Notes: generated by a model not told the origin, from the sequence alone. Positions 1 through 8,987 are shown, numbered from the stretch's first letter. The stretch: DNA of 15,794 nucleotides from Bdellovibrio sp. (GCA_046318155.1 JBKCUU010000025.1:1-15794), one strand, 5' to 3'. A program made the numbers and translations.

Positions 1-41
1 CTCAATTGTCTCAATATTTACCGCGTCGCCCGTCAGCTGAA

Positions 42-722
42 TCATGCTTCACCCTTTAAAATTCGAATCGCCGTTCGATAGTCGTTTTTAAAAACGTAAC
101 TACCCGCTACTAAAACATCAGCAGCTCCGCACTGATCGATGGTTTTGTCACTGACGCCGCCATCAACCTCAATCAAGTAGGTGTAATTTAGTTTTTCACG
201 CAAAAGCGAGAGCTCGTCCAATTTTGCAACTTGGTCTTGCCTAAAACTCTGGCCGCCAAAACCGGGCTCCACCGTCATGACCAAGACCAAATCTACCAAA
301 GGCAAAAAAGCTTCGATGTCTCTCAGCGGAGTGCCGGGACGAAGAGTGATTCCAGGTTTTGCACCCAGCGCGCGAATCGTTTTTAGGACCTGCGCCGGAA
401 ACTCGGTCGACTCCACATGAATGGTGAGATAATCACTTCCCGCCTTGACGAACGCTTCAACAAAGCGCTCGGGTTTTTCGATCATCAAGTGCACATCCAA
501 AGGAAGCGGCGACACCTTTTTTAAACTTTCGACAACGGGGACACCGATCGTCAGGTTCGGCACAAAGTGACCGTCCATGACATCGACGTGCAAAAGATCA
601 GCGCCGGCCGCAGCGACGGCTTTGATCTCACGTTCGAGGTTAGCAAAGTCGGCCGACAAAATGCTGGGCGCGACCCATTTTTTTTCAAGAGGACGCTGGG
701 GCCTTAAATCCATCTTAGACAC
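42..722 (-). CDS. rpe: Ribulose-phosphate 3-epimerase
   Basis: Motifs APSILSAD, HVDVMDGHFVPNLT, DVHLM, MTVEPGFGGQSF, EVDGG, VAGS. Start is GTG 722 (GAGGT upstream) or ATG 713. Coupled to the fmt stop. Confidence 0.97.
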   Translation of the reverse strand: MSKMDLRPQRPLEKKWVAPSILSADFANLEREIKAVAAAGADLLHVDVMDGHFVPNLTIGVPVVESLKKVSPLPLDVHLMIEKPERFVEAFVKAGSDYLTIHVESTEFPAQVLKTIRALGAKPGITLRPGTPLRDIEAFLPLVDLVLVMTVEPGFGGQSFRQDQVAKLDELSLLREKLNYTYLIEVDGGVSDKTIDQCGAADVLVAGSYVFKNDYRTAIRILKGEA

Positions 723-1671
723 CGAGCACCTCGCCTTTGCCCAGAGGGCTAGCCGTTTGACCTTTCAGAAAATCGGCAACACTCATGCGGTTGCGCGACT
801 CAGGCTGAAGCTCGGTGATCAACAGTGACCCTTCACCGCACGCAACGCGAAGACCTGAGGCCTCGACTGACAGAACAGTCCCCGGCGCGGCCGAAGAGCC
901 GCTCTCAGCAAAGACCTGCGTCCGATGGATCTTCAATTTTTTACCTGACCATAACGTGTAAGTCCCAGGTCCCATGACAAAAGCGCGCACTTTGTTGTGC
1001 AGCACATGAGCGGGCTGATCCCACTTGAGTTCGGATTCAGTTTTGTCGATTTTTTTTGCGTACGTTGCAAGGGCGTGCTCTTGCGGAAACGGCGCTAAAT
1101 TCCCGCGTACATAATCCATCAGTTCGATGTGGAGCAAATCTGCGCCCCGCACGGCCAGCTCGTCATGCAGCTCTTGTGCATTCATGTCGGGACCAATCTG
1201 CACGCGGCGGACTCCCAGCACATCGCCGGCATCCAGAGCTTTGACGACTTTCTGCAAAGCGACGCCAGTCTCGGTATCCCCAGCCTCAACGGCACGCTGA
1301 ATCGGCGCTGCTCCCCGCCACCTGGGCAAGATCGACCCGTGCACATTCACCGCGCCCAGCGCAAACAAATCCAAGAACCGCTGCGATAAAATTTGGCCAT
1401 AAGCCACAACGATGGCGACTTCGGCATTCCAGCTTTTGATTTCTTGAAGAACCATGTCTTGATTGATTTTTTCAGGTGAAATGACGTTGAGTCCGTGCGC
1501 CAGCGCTAACGTTTTGATCGGTGAGGGCGTGAGAGTCATCTTGCGTCCCGCGGGACGATCAGGCTGAGTCACCACACCAACAACTTCAAAATGCTCGTCG
1601 TCCAGAACGCGCTTCAGAGACGTGACGGCAAATTCGGGCGTGCCGCAAAAACAAACGCGGACCTTACTCAC
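715..1671 (-). CDS. fmt: Methionyl-tRNA formyltransferase
   Basis: GTPEFA, VVTQPDRPAGR, VVAYGQIL, NVHGSILPRWRGAAPIQ, LDAGD. GTG start overlaps the def stop (GTGA). Confidence 0.97.
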   Translation of the reverse strand: MSKVRVCFCGTPEFAVTSLKRVLDDEHFEVVGVVTQPDRPAGRKMTLTPSPIKTLALAHGLNVISPEKINQDMVLQEIKSWNAEVAIVVAYGQILSQRFLDLFALGAVNVHGSILPRWRGAAPIQRAVEAGDTETGVALQKVVKALDAGDVLGVRRVQIGPDMNAQELHDELAVRGADLLHIELMDYVRGNLAPFPQEHALATYAKKIDKTESELKWDQPAHVLHNKVRAFVMGPGTYTLWSGKKLKIHRTQVFAESGSSAAPGTVLSVEASGLRVACGEGSLLITELQPESRNRMSVADFLKGQTASPLGKGEVLGV

Positions 1672-2300
1672 TCGCGAGAACCCTTTTGCGAGGCTTTACC
1701 CAAGGACTTGTGTTCGGATTTCGCAACCTCGGTGAATTCTTCTTCGCGGGCCTTCTTTTCGGGATAACCCGTTTTCTTAATCTGATTTTTAATCTTGTTG
1801 GATTTTACAAAGCTGATACGGTCAATAAACAAGGTGCCCTCCAAATGATCCATTTCATGTTGAATCACGATCGCGAGGAGGCCATCTGTTTTGAGTAATT
1901 TTTTTGTGCCGTTTTCATCCTGGTACTCGAGCTCGATGTAATCATGGCGCTCGACCGTTTCAAAATACGAAGGCACGCTGAGGCAGCCTTCGTCAAAAGT
2001 GGTCTTTCCACGGTGCCCGACGATTTTGGGATTAATGATGACCAAAGGCTGAACAACTTTTTGTTCCAGCTCACTCATCTCTTCGATGGCGTAGCGGCCA
2101 TTTTCTTTAGGGCGGCAATCGATCACCAACATATTCAGCAGCTGACCCACTTGAGCCGCCGCCAAACCGATACCGCTTTCGGCGTACATGGTTTCCATCA
2201 TGTCTTGGGCCAGTTTTTTGATCGAAGGTCCGAACTCGGTCACGGGTTCAGACTTTTCTCGCAAACGTGGATCGGGGTACTTCAAAATCTCTAAGATCAT
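1668..2300 (-). CDS. def: Peptide deformylase
   Basis: GIGLAAAQVG, EGCLS and QHEMDH motifs. Start reassigned to ATG 2300 (MILEILKYPDPRL, typical Def N-terminus). Classic def-fmt pairing. Confidence 0.97.
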   Translation of the reverse strand: MILEILKYPDPRLREKSEPVTEFGPSIKKLAQDMMETMYAESGIGLAAAQVGQLLNMLVIDCRPKENGRYAIEEMSELEQKVVQPLVIINPKIVGHRGKTTFDEGCLSVPSYFETVERHDYIELEYQDENGTKKLLKTDGLLAIVIQHEMDHLEGTLFIDRISFVKSNKIKNQIKKTGYPEKKAREEEFTEVAKSEHKSLGKASQKGSRE

Positions 2301-2367
2301 GCACGAAGGTTTACACCAAATTCGGGCCGATTGCCCCTCTTTAACGCAAAGCATTTTTGAGGGTCAT

Positions 2368-3447
2368 TTACTTCCGCAGGCGCTTGATCATGAAGAGGCC
2401 AAAGGTCCCCATCGCCAAATTCGGCGCCCAAGCAGCCACGACGGGCAGAAGGCTACCATGATAACCCAGGGTCAGGGCCGAACTGTACAAGATCCAGTAC
2501 GCAAAAACCAAACCCAAGCACACACCCAAGTTGGCCATCAGGCCGCCCGAGCGGGCTTTACCAACGCTAAACGGAATTCCCAAAAGCACCATCACCAAAC
2601 CAGCTGCGGCAAAACCGTACTTCGAATGGTAATCGACCTCGTAGCGAAGCGTGTCCAGGCCGGCCTCTTTGTTTTTTTTGATGAACTGATTCAGTTCCTT
2701 CAAGGACAAGACATCTGAGGTGTTCGCCGTCGAGCTGAGGTCACTCGCGCCCTCGCCCATGCTGATCGTTTTTTCTTTGAAGTCGCTGGTCATCGGAAAG
2801 CTCGAGTCTTCGGTAAAGACCGTGACCGAGCCCTTACGCAATTTCCACGTCGAGGGAAGCAAATCCACTTCAGACGCCGTGATCATTTGGATCAAATTCC
2901 ACTCTTCGTTAAAATAATAAAGCGTCAGCCCCTGTGCCTTGTGCGCTTTTTCATTCAGCGTTTTCAAATTGAAGATCGTGTCTTTTGAGCGGTACCAAAT
3001 CCGGTTCGTCTTGACCATCGAGTACAGCGACGGGTTTTTTCTGATCTCGTGGTAGTAGACGTAGTTCTTCATGCGGGCCATGCCCGGCAGAACCTGATCG
3101 CTCATAAAAAGTGAGACCCCGCTTAAAAGGACAACCGAGATCAGCAGCGGCGCCGTCACTCGAGTCAGACTCATTCCCAAACTAAAGAGGGCGACCAGTT
3201 CGCCCGCACGTTGAAGACTCGAGAGGGTAAAGATCGTGGCCATTAAGCCAGCCACGGGAATCATCCGGTAAACAATTTCGGGTAGCGTGTAGCTGTAGTA
3301 CCGAATCATCGTCGAGAGGCCGACGCCGTCGTTGGACACCATTGTACTCATTGCATCAATCGCCAAGAACAAGGTTGCGAAGATCAGCAAGCTGCCGGCA
3401 AAGAAGACCCAAAAAAGACCCAGATTGTAGCGGTCAATGCGATTCAT
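2368..3447 (-). CDS. lptG: LPS export ABC transporter permease, LptF/LptG (YjgP/YjgQ) family, probably LptG
   Basis: MNRIDRY N-terminus, 3 N-terminal TM helices, ELVALFSLGMS coupling helix, beta-rich periplasmic domain, 3 C-terminal TM helices ending AAWAPN. Confidence 0.88.
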   Translation of the reverse strand: MNRIDRYNLGLFWVFFAGSLLIFATLFLAIDAMSTMVSNDGVGLSTMIRYYSYTLPEIVYRMIPVAGLMATIFTLSSLQRAGELVALFSLGMSLTRVTAPLLISVVLLSGVSLFMSDQVLPGMARMKNYVYYHEIRKNPSLYSMVKTNRIWYRSKDTIFNLKTLNEKAHKAQGLTLYYFNEEWNLIQMITASEVDLLPSTWKLRKGSVTVFTEDSSFPMTSDFKEKTISMGEGASDLSSTANTSDVLSLKELNQFIKKNKEAGLDTLRYEVDYHSKYGFAAAGLVMVLLGIPFSVGKARSGGLMANLGVCLGLVFAYWILYSSALTLGYHGSLLPVVAAWAPNLAMGTFGLFMIKRLRK

Positions 3448-3479
3448 GATCTTTTGATGATACCCTTGACTTGTCTTAG

Positions 3480-3496
3480 AATTGAATGATTCAATT
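3480..3496. promoter_or_regulatory. Perfect 8-1-8 palindrome (AATTGAAT-G-ATTCAATT) in the divergent lptG/romR promoter region
   Basis: Read directly. It overlaps the likely -10 region downstream of a -35-like TTGACT (3466-3471). Confidence 0.5.
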
Positions 3497-3503
3497 TGAG
3501 TAT

Positions 3504-4496
3504 ATGGCTTTGCGCGTCTTACTTGCCGATGAAAGTTCTACGATTAAAAAAGTGATGCAGCTTGCGCTCCAAGATTTTGGGGTGGAAGTCAAATCAGTGC
3601 CCATTGGCCTAGATGTGCTGCAAGTCAGTAAATCCTATCAGCCCGATATTATCTTTGCCGATGTTTTGCTTTCAAAACGTTCGGGCTATGATGTGTCGGC
3701 CGAGATCAAAGGCGATCCCGCTCTGCGAAACACGCCTGTCGTGCTCATGTGGAGCGGCTTCATGGAACTTGATGAAGCCCGGGCCAAAGCTTCAATGGCC
3801 GACCGCCGTCTTGAAAAGCCCTTTGATGCCGATCAGTTGCGCTCACTCGTCAGAGATTTAGTTCCACGTTTGAATGAGAACGCGATTTCAAGTTACCTGA
3901 GCTTTCCGGATCTGCCTGAGATTATGGAAACACCGCTGCCGCCGCCGGTTCAAGCTCAGCGCCCGCAAGCGCCGAAGCCTCATGTCCCGATGCATGAGTT
4001 TAATCCTAAAGATCTGCTGACCGGCCCAGCCCAGGATATGGACGATCCCGATGATTTTCAACAGGTCCCGCTGCCAGGTTCAAAGACTCGCAATGTTTTG
4101 GATCAGCCAAGCCGCCGTGGTGATGAAGAAGAGCCGTGGCGCCAAGGCGGACTCGAGCAGTTTCGTGTGTCACCAGATTCTTTACAGCTTGAAGATGCCG
4201 ATGTGTTTGCCGACGTGTCGGGGGCCTCGCTCGCCGTCACCGGCCAAGAAGACGAAATGAGCATGGAGCAGCTCGAGGACCTCACGGCGCCGCCGAGCCC
4301 GCGCTCTTTTGCCTCTGACTCAACCTCCCGAAACACATTGCCCCCACTTGACCCCATGCGCGCAGAAGAAGTTCTCCGGGAACAAGTTCGTGAAGTCCTT
4401 GAAAGCATCGCGTGGAAAATAATTCCTGACATCACCGAGCGTGTTGTGAGAGAAGAAATTCAGCGACTTTTAAAGGACTCTGAACGACTCACGTGA
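3504..4496 (+). CDS. romR: RomR-type polarity response regulator (receiver, Pro/acidic linker, RomR C-terminal domain)
   Basis: Receiver RVLLADES...PDIIFADVLL...KPF. Long Pro/Asp/Glu low-complexity linker. C-terminal REVLESIAWKIIPDITERVVREEIQRL resembles the RomR C-terminal motif. Start set at ATG 3504 (MALRVLL). Confidence 0.85.
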   Translation: MALRVLLADESSTIKKVMQLALQDFGVEVKSVPIGLDVLQVSKSYQPDIIFADVLLSKRSGYDVSAEIKGDPALRNTPVVLMWSGFMELDEARAKASMADRRLEKPFDADQLRSLVRDLVPRLNENAISSYLSFPDLPEIMETPLPPPVQAQRPQAPKPHVPMHEFNPKDLLTGPAQDMDDPDDFQQVPLPGSKTRNVLDQPSRRGDEEEPWRQGGLEQFRVSPDSLQLEDADVFADVSGASLAVTGQEDEMSMEQLEDLTAPPSPRSFASDSTSRNTLPPLDPMRAEEVLREQVREVLESIAWKIIPDITERVVREEIQRLLKDSERLT

Positions 4497-5335
4497 CACT
4501 TTACAACCTCATTCGCGCTGCGATTCATGAAGATATGCCAACGGGGGACCTGACCACCGAATCGTTGGCGCTGCTGCCACGGCTTGGCCGTGCCCGCCTG
4601 ACTGCTAAACAAGATCTTATTCTTTCGGGCTCTCCCGCCTTTGAACAAACTGTTTTGATGCTCGAACCTCAGGGCAAAGTGAAATGGCACTTTGAAGAAG
4701 GGCAGCCCATTCTCAAAGGTCAGATTATTTGCACGCTTCAAGGTGATTTGATTCAGATCTTAAAAGCCGAACGCATTGCGATTAATTTTTTGATGCATCT
4801 CTCTGGCATCGCCACGCTGACAAATAAATTTGTCAAAGCCGTGAGCGGAACGTCGACTAAAATCCTCGACACACGCAAAACCACGCCGGCCTACCGCGAT
4901 CTTGAAAAACGGGCCGTCGTTCATGGCGGTGGTCTGAATCACCGGCACAATTTAAGTTCGGCGATTTTGATTAAGGACAACCACATCTCAGTGATGGGCG
5001 GAATTAAAGATGCGGTCGAGCGAACCCGCCAGCATACCGCTTCCGCCATCGAGGTCGAAGCGTCTTCGCTCGAGCAGGTTCAAGAGTGCGTCGACCTCAA
5101 CGTCAGCCGCATTCTTTTGGACAACATGACTGACGAGAAATTGAGTCAGGCTTTGGCCCTTATTCCAGATTCGATCGAAACTGAAGCCAGCGGGAATATG
5201 ACTCTGGACCGCGTGGGAAGGGTGGCCTCGCTCGGCGTGGATTTTATCAGCGTCGGCGCTCTCACCCACTCGGCTCCCAGCTGCGATATCAGCCTGCTTT
5301 TTGATTGGGCCCAGGCTTCCGCAGGAGACGCTTAA
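4493..5335 (+). CDS. nadC: Nicotinate-nucleotide pyrophosphorylase (quinolinate phosphoribosyltransferase)
   Basis: EDMPTGDLTT, AERIAINF, DTRKTTP, NHR, LIKDNH, IEVE, LLDN, EASG, ISVGALTHS. GTGA overlap with romR. Confidence 0.96.
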   Translation: MTLYNLIRAAIHEDMPTGDLTTESLALLPRLGRARLTAKQDLILSGSPAFEQTVLMLEPQGKVKWHFEEGQPILKGQIICTLQGDLIQILKAERIAINFLMHLSGIATLTNKFVKAVSGTSTKILDTRKTTPAYRDLEKRAVVHGGGLNHRHNLSSAILIKDNHISVMGGIKDAVERTRQHTASAIEVEASSLEQVQECVDLNVSRILLDNMTDEKLSQALALIPDSIETEASGNMTLDRVGRVASLGVDFISVGALTHSAPSCDISLLFDWAQASAGDA

Positions 5336-6054
5336 TGTTTTCCATTTATGAAACCACCAAAGACTGGGCATCGCGTTCGGGCTTTTCGGTGATCGCCGAA
5401 CCCACAATGCCCAGCACCAATGATCTTGCCAAAGAGCGCGCAATTGCCGAACCCGAACCGCTGGCCGTCATCTTGACAGATCATCAGAGCCAAGGCCGCG
5501 GACGCGGCACAAAGACGTGGTCGACCAAAGATTCGGGTCAATCACTTTTGTCGACCTGGAGCTTTATGCTCAAAGAACCCGCGCAACCCATTTTTTCTCC
5601 TGCGATCGGCTTGGCGCTGTTTCGCGCGGCGAACACCACCTGGCTGGGGCTTCCTTGGTCGCTCAAAGCTCCCAACGATCTTTACCTCGGTGATAAAAAA
5701 GTCGCCGGAATTCTGCTCGAAGGTGTTCAGGAAGGTCACCGTCAACGCTTGCTGATCGGCCTTGGCATGAATGTCTTTGGTCATCCTGACGTTGCGAACT
5801 CCGGCGCACTGATTGATTTTGTCACCGAGCAAGAGATTGACCCCGAGATTTGGCGCCAGTTTTTGGACCGCGTCCTTCTCGAAGTCACTGCCACCTTGAT
5901 GGTGACCCGAACAGTTTTGCAACCGGGGCAACGCCGCGGACTGCACGCAGCCCTCAATCAGTTTCCCGCGACGTTCAATGCCTACAAAGATGTGCAGGTC
6001 GATGGGAGCTTGGTCAAGCAAGACGGAACTGTCATCAGCTGGAGCTCGCTCTAG
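5335..6054 (+). CDS. birA: Biotin-protein ligase, monofunctional (no N-terminal HTH)
   Basis: STND, QSQGRGRG..W, KAPNDL, KKVAGILLE, IGLGMN. ATG 5335 overlaps the nadC stop (TAATG) with GGAG upstream. Confidence 0.9.
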   Translation: MFSIYETTKDWASRSGFSVIAEPTMPSTNDLAKERAIAEPEPLAVILTDHQSQGRGRGTKTWSTKDSGQSLLSTWSFMLKEPAQPIFSPAIGLALFRAANTTWLGLPWSLKAPNDLYLGDKKVAGILLEGVQEGHRQRLLIGLGMNVFGHPDVANSGALIDFVTEQEIDPEIWRQFLDRVLLEVTATLMVTRTVLQPGQRRGLHAALNQFPATFNAYKDVQVDGSLVKQDGTVISWSSL

Positions 6055-6101
6055 TTTTTGCTTTTGAAGAGGGCCGCTCGCTCAAATGGAAGGTCTGATT
6101 T

Positions 6102-6689
6102 ATGAAATGGATTGTGGGCGGTATTTTAGCCGCGATCATTGGCTTTGCCGCTTACCTCATCATCTACCTAGGCGCTTACAAGTCGGTTCAGCTCTCTGAT
6201 GGGACGGCCGAGACCATGACTTTGCTCGGAAAAGAGCATGTCGGGGCTTATCACAAGATTGTGCCCGTCATTCAAGAGGTCGAGGCTTGGGCCAAGAAAA
6301 ACAACGTGGATTGCACGCGCTCGTTCGGACTGTATTTGGATGATCCCGAAAACGTCGAAGAATCCAGACTCAAAAGTTTTGGTGGTTGCGTGATTGATGG
6401 CGCGACCTTGCCTCTGCACCCCGAAGACTTTTCGGTGCGCATGTTCTCGGCGCCGCACTTTGTGAAAGCCTTATTCGAAGGAAGCCCCGGCATTGGTCCA
6501 TTTAAAGTCTACCCCAAGGCGGCCGCCTACATTCAGGCCAAGGGATTTGCATCTTTGCCGTCGGTGCTCGAAGTTTATATCGTCCATTCCGACAAAGCGA
6601 TGACGACGACCTACTACTTCCCGGTGAACACAAGCACCGCGGCTCAACCGCCGATTTTGGCCACGCCGCCCCCGCCAGGAGCACCATGA
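6102..6689 (+). CDS. Membrane-anchored GyrI-like small-molecule-binding domain protein
   Basis: N-terminal hydrophobic anchor. HVGAY, FGLYLDDP, and VLEVY...YYFPV match the GyrI-like fold pattern. Pro-rich C-terminal tail. Confidence 0.7.
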   Translation: MKWIVGGILAAIIGFAAYLIIYLGAYKSVQLSDGTAETMTLLGKEHVGAYHKIVPVIQEVEAWAKKNNVDCTRSFGLYLDDPENVEESRLKSFGGCVIDGATLPLHPEDFSVRMFSAPHFVKALFEGSPGIGPFKVYPKAAAYIQAKGFASLPSVLEVYIVHSDKAMTTTYYFPVNTSTAAQPPILATPPPPGAP

Positions 6690-7762
6690 AACAAGCCGCT
6701 GGTTTGATGCTGGCCTCACCCCTGCAAGTGTACCTGAGCTCGGACTCGGTCACCGAAATCATGGTGAACAGTTATCTCGAAGTCTTCATTGAGATGGATG
6801 GCAAACTGATTCGCACCGACACCAAGTTTCGCTCTCCCGAAGAGCTCGAAAATTTAATCATCCATATGGCCAAGGATTGCGGCCGGGATGTTTCGCTGAC
6901 GCAGCCTTTTTTTGATGGCCGCCTGCCTGATGGTTCGCGCGTCAACGCGACGATGCCACCGATGTCTCCGCGCGGAGCAACTCTCACGATTCGTAAATTT
7001 AGCAAACACGGGGTGAGCGCCAAGGACCTTTTACAAAAATCGACGTGGAGTCAAAAGGCGGCTCACTTTCTGAAGTGCGCCGTCGAGGCCAAGATGAATA
7101 TCGTCGTCGCGGGCGGTACCGGTTCTGGCAAAACAACGATGCTCAATGTGCTGTCGGGATTTATCGCGCCCAAAGAACGTTTGGTCACAATTGAAGATAC
7201 ACTTGAACTCAATCTACCGCACGAAAACTGGATCCGTCTCGAGGCCGTTTACTCTTTGTCACAGCCCCTTGTAAGTCTTAAAGATTGTCTCGCCAACTCA
7301 CTGCGCATGCGTCCGGACCGGATCATTGTCGGCGAATGCCGTAAAGACGAAGTCTTTGAAATGCTGCAAGCGATGAACACAGGGCATGATGGCTCGATGA
7401 CAACGATCCACGCCAACTCCCCGCGCGATGCCCTGGCCCGCATGGAAAGCCTGGTGCAGTATTCAGTTAGCACCTTACCGATCGTGGCGATCCGCCGCCA
7501 AATCGCCAATGCGATTGATTTTGTGATTCACCTTGAACGCGACCCCGCGGGGCGCCGATTGATCACCGAGATTGTCGAAATCACGGGCCTTGAAGGCGAG
7601 ACGATCACCTCTCAACCTTTGTTTATTCGTGATATGAATCATGGCGAGCCCGCCGTCGGCGCGCTGGTCAGTACGGGACTTGTGCCCAAATCGATCGATC
7701 GCTTTCAAAAAGCCGGCATGGATTTTCCGCCCGGCCACTTTAGCAAACCAAAGCCTGAATAA
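6686..7762 (+). CDS. cpaF: CpaF/TadA-family pilus/secretion ATPase (short form)
   Basis: [21 protein letters not shown], Walker [10 protein letters not shown], Asp box [21 protein letters not shown], His box [21 protein letters not shown] overlap with the upstream gene. Confidence 0.92.
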   Translation: MKQAAGLMLASPLQVYLSSDSVTEIMVNSYLEVFIEMDGKLIRTDTKFRSPEELENLIIHMAKDCGRDVSLTQPFFDGRLPDGSRVNATMPPMSPRGATLTIRKFSKHGVSAKDLLQKSTWSQKAAHFLKCAVEAKMNIVVAGGTGSGKTTMLNVLSGFIAPKERLVTIEDTLELNLPHENWIRLEAVYSLSQPLVSLKDCLANSLRMRPDRIIVGECRKDEVFEMLQAMNTGHDGSMTTIHANSPRDALARMESLVQYSVSTLPIVAIRRQIANAIDFVIHLERDPAGRRLITEIVEITGLEGETITSQPLFIRDMNHGEPAVGALVSTGLVPKSIDRFQKAGMDFPPGHFSKPKPE

Positions 7763-8644
7763 TCAGTTCATCACGCGGCGGCACAGACGCTCGCGCGTCG
7801 TAAAGTACACGTCACGGATCCCATCACCTGGCTGTAAGAATTCATTCTTGAGCAGACTGATGGCGATGACGAGCTGACGCAAAGTGGGATTGGTTTGTTC
7901 ATAACGGCGGTTATGAAACGCGATCACCTCTTGGGACGTGTAAGACGCAAACTCGGGGATGACTAACGTGCGAATCGCCTTGGATTTGTGACCCAGCCCC
8001 TGCTCGACCTGGCGAAGTACCATCTCGGCTTGCTGTTCGCCCAAAAGACCCGCCCGAACAAAATCCAACGCCAGTTCTGCCGCCGTCATGTAAGAAAGCT
8101 GACCCGGCAAAAGGGCGACGCCCGTCTGTAAATCATAAAGCTTATGAATAAAAACCAGCTTTACGCGATCACGAAACTCTGGATCTTGCGAGACACGCGC
8201 ATAGGCTTTGGTGTCTGCTTCACCATTGTCACCGATAAAAATGAAGTCGGCATTAGGGCGTGAGCGCATCGAAGCCTCGATTGCCGCCACCTTAAAATCG
8301 AGCGTGGTCTCTCCTATCGAGGGCCGCAAAGTCACCGGCCCCACCGGGAAGCCCGTCGCCGCTAAAAACTTCATTGGAATTGCAGAGATGATCTCGGGCG
8401 CACCCGAAATATAGTGAAACTGAACGCCATTCGCCGCTAAGAGCGAATAAAGCGCGGGCATCCCAATAAAGGCCTTGGGGTTCAAGACGTTACTGATGTG
8501 CGCAGAAACAGCGCCCGTGTGGTGCACCTGAGTTTTGCGAATGGTGTCATCGATATCACTAATAATGACAGTTTCCGGCAGAGCAAAAGCAAGCGGGGTC
8601 GTCAAAAGCAATAAGATCGCAAGCGCGCCGGTCCATTTTCGCAT
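7763..8644 (-). CDS. Secreted App1-family (DUF2183) HAD phosphatase, phosphatidate-phosphatase-like
   Basis: IISDIDDT (DxDxT), FHYISGAP, FPVGP, FIGDNGEAD motifs. Signal peptide MRKWTGALAILLLLTTPLAFA from ATG 8644 (the track's GTG 8740 start is over-extended). Confidence 0.8.
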   Translation of the reverse strand: MRKWTGALAILLLLTTPLAFALPETVIISDIDDTIRKTQVHHTGAVSAHISNVLNPKAFIGMPALYSLLAANGVQFHYISGAPEIISAIPMKFLAATGFPVGPVTLRPSIGETTLDFKVAAIEASMRSRPNADFIFIGDNGEADTKAYARVSQDPEFRDRVKLVFIHKLYDLQTGVALLPGQLSYMTAAELALDFVRAGLLGEQQAEMVLRQVEQGLGHKSKAIRTLVIPEFASYTSQEVIAFHNRRYEQTNPTLRQLVIAISLLKNEFLQPGDGIRDVYFTTRERLCRRVMN

Positions 8645-8656
8645 GCGAGAGTTGAA

Positions 8657-8672
8657 TGCAAGTTTGAACCCA
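8657..8672 (-). promoter_or_regulatory. Candidate sigma-54 -24/-12 promoter
   Basis: Minus strand TGGGTTCAAACTTGCA = GG-N10-GC with TTGCA, ending 12 nt before ATG 8644. The -24 half deviates from TGGCAC. Confidence 0.35.
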
Positions 8673-8987
8673 CGAAATCGAGGCGCTAATTGAATCATAT
8701 TAAATGCTACCGACGGGGGTAGTTGAATCACGAGGGGCACACTAGAGCCCCCGCCCGAGCTACGGTCGGCGAGTAAGTGCTGATCATTCTTTTCAGAAAT
8801 TTCAAATTTTTGATTCTTGAAAATAGATGGCGCACCGTTTTCTCGACGTCGCGGGTGAAATTAAATGAAATGAAATCTGACTAAGGGACAGAGCGAACGA
8901 AGGTGGCGGTACAGGCCGAGGAACTGAGAACCACCAGCGCGAGCCTACCGATCAGCTTATGAATAAAAGTGCTCTTCGTCGATTTGC

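Noticed and set aside
8877..8960. Possible ncRNA or riboswitch (GGACAGAG reminiscent of the glycine riboswitch; CGGT-AGGC/GCCT-ACCG stem)
   Set aside because: Conserved GGAGA, CCGAAG and CUCUCAGG elements are absent, and there is no hammerhead core.
8139..8968. Exact 15-bp direct repeat AGCTTATGAATAAAA at 8139-8153 and 8954-8968
   Set aside because: A single AT-rich pair with one copy inside a CDS is compatible with chance at this window size. There is no integrase or transposase.
8881..8987. Minus-strand frame reading KLIGRLALVVLSSSAC (lipobox-like)
   Set aside because: No nearby start codon or RBS, and it stops 9 codons after the Cys.
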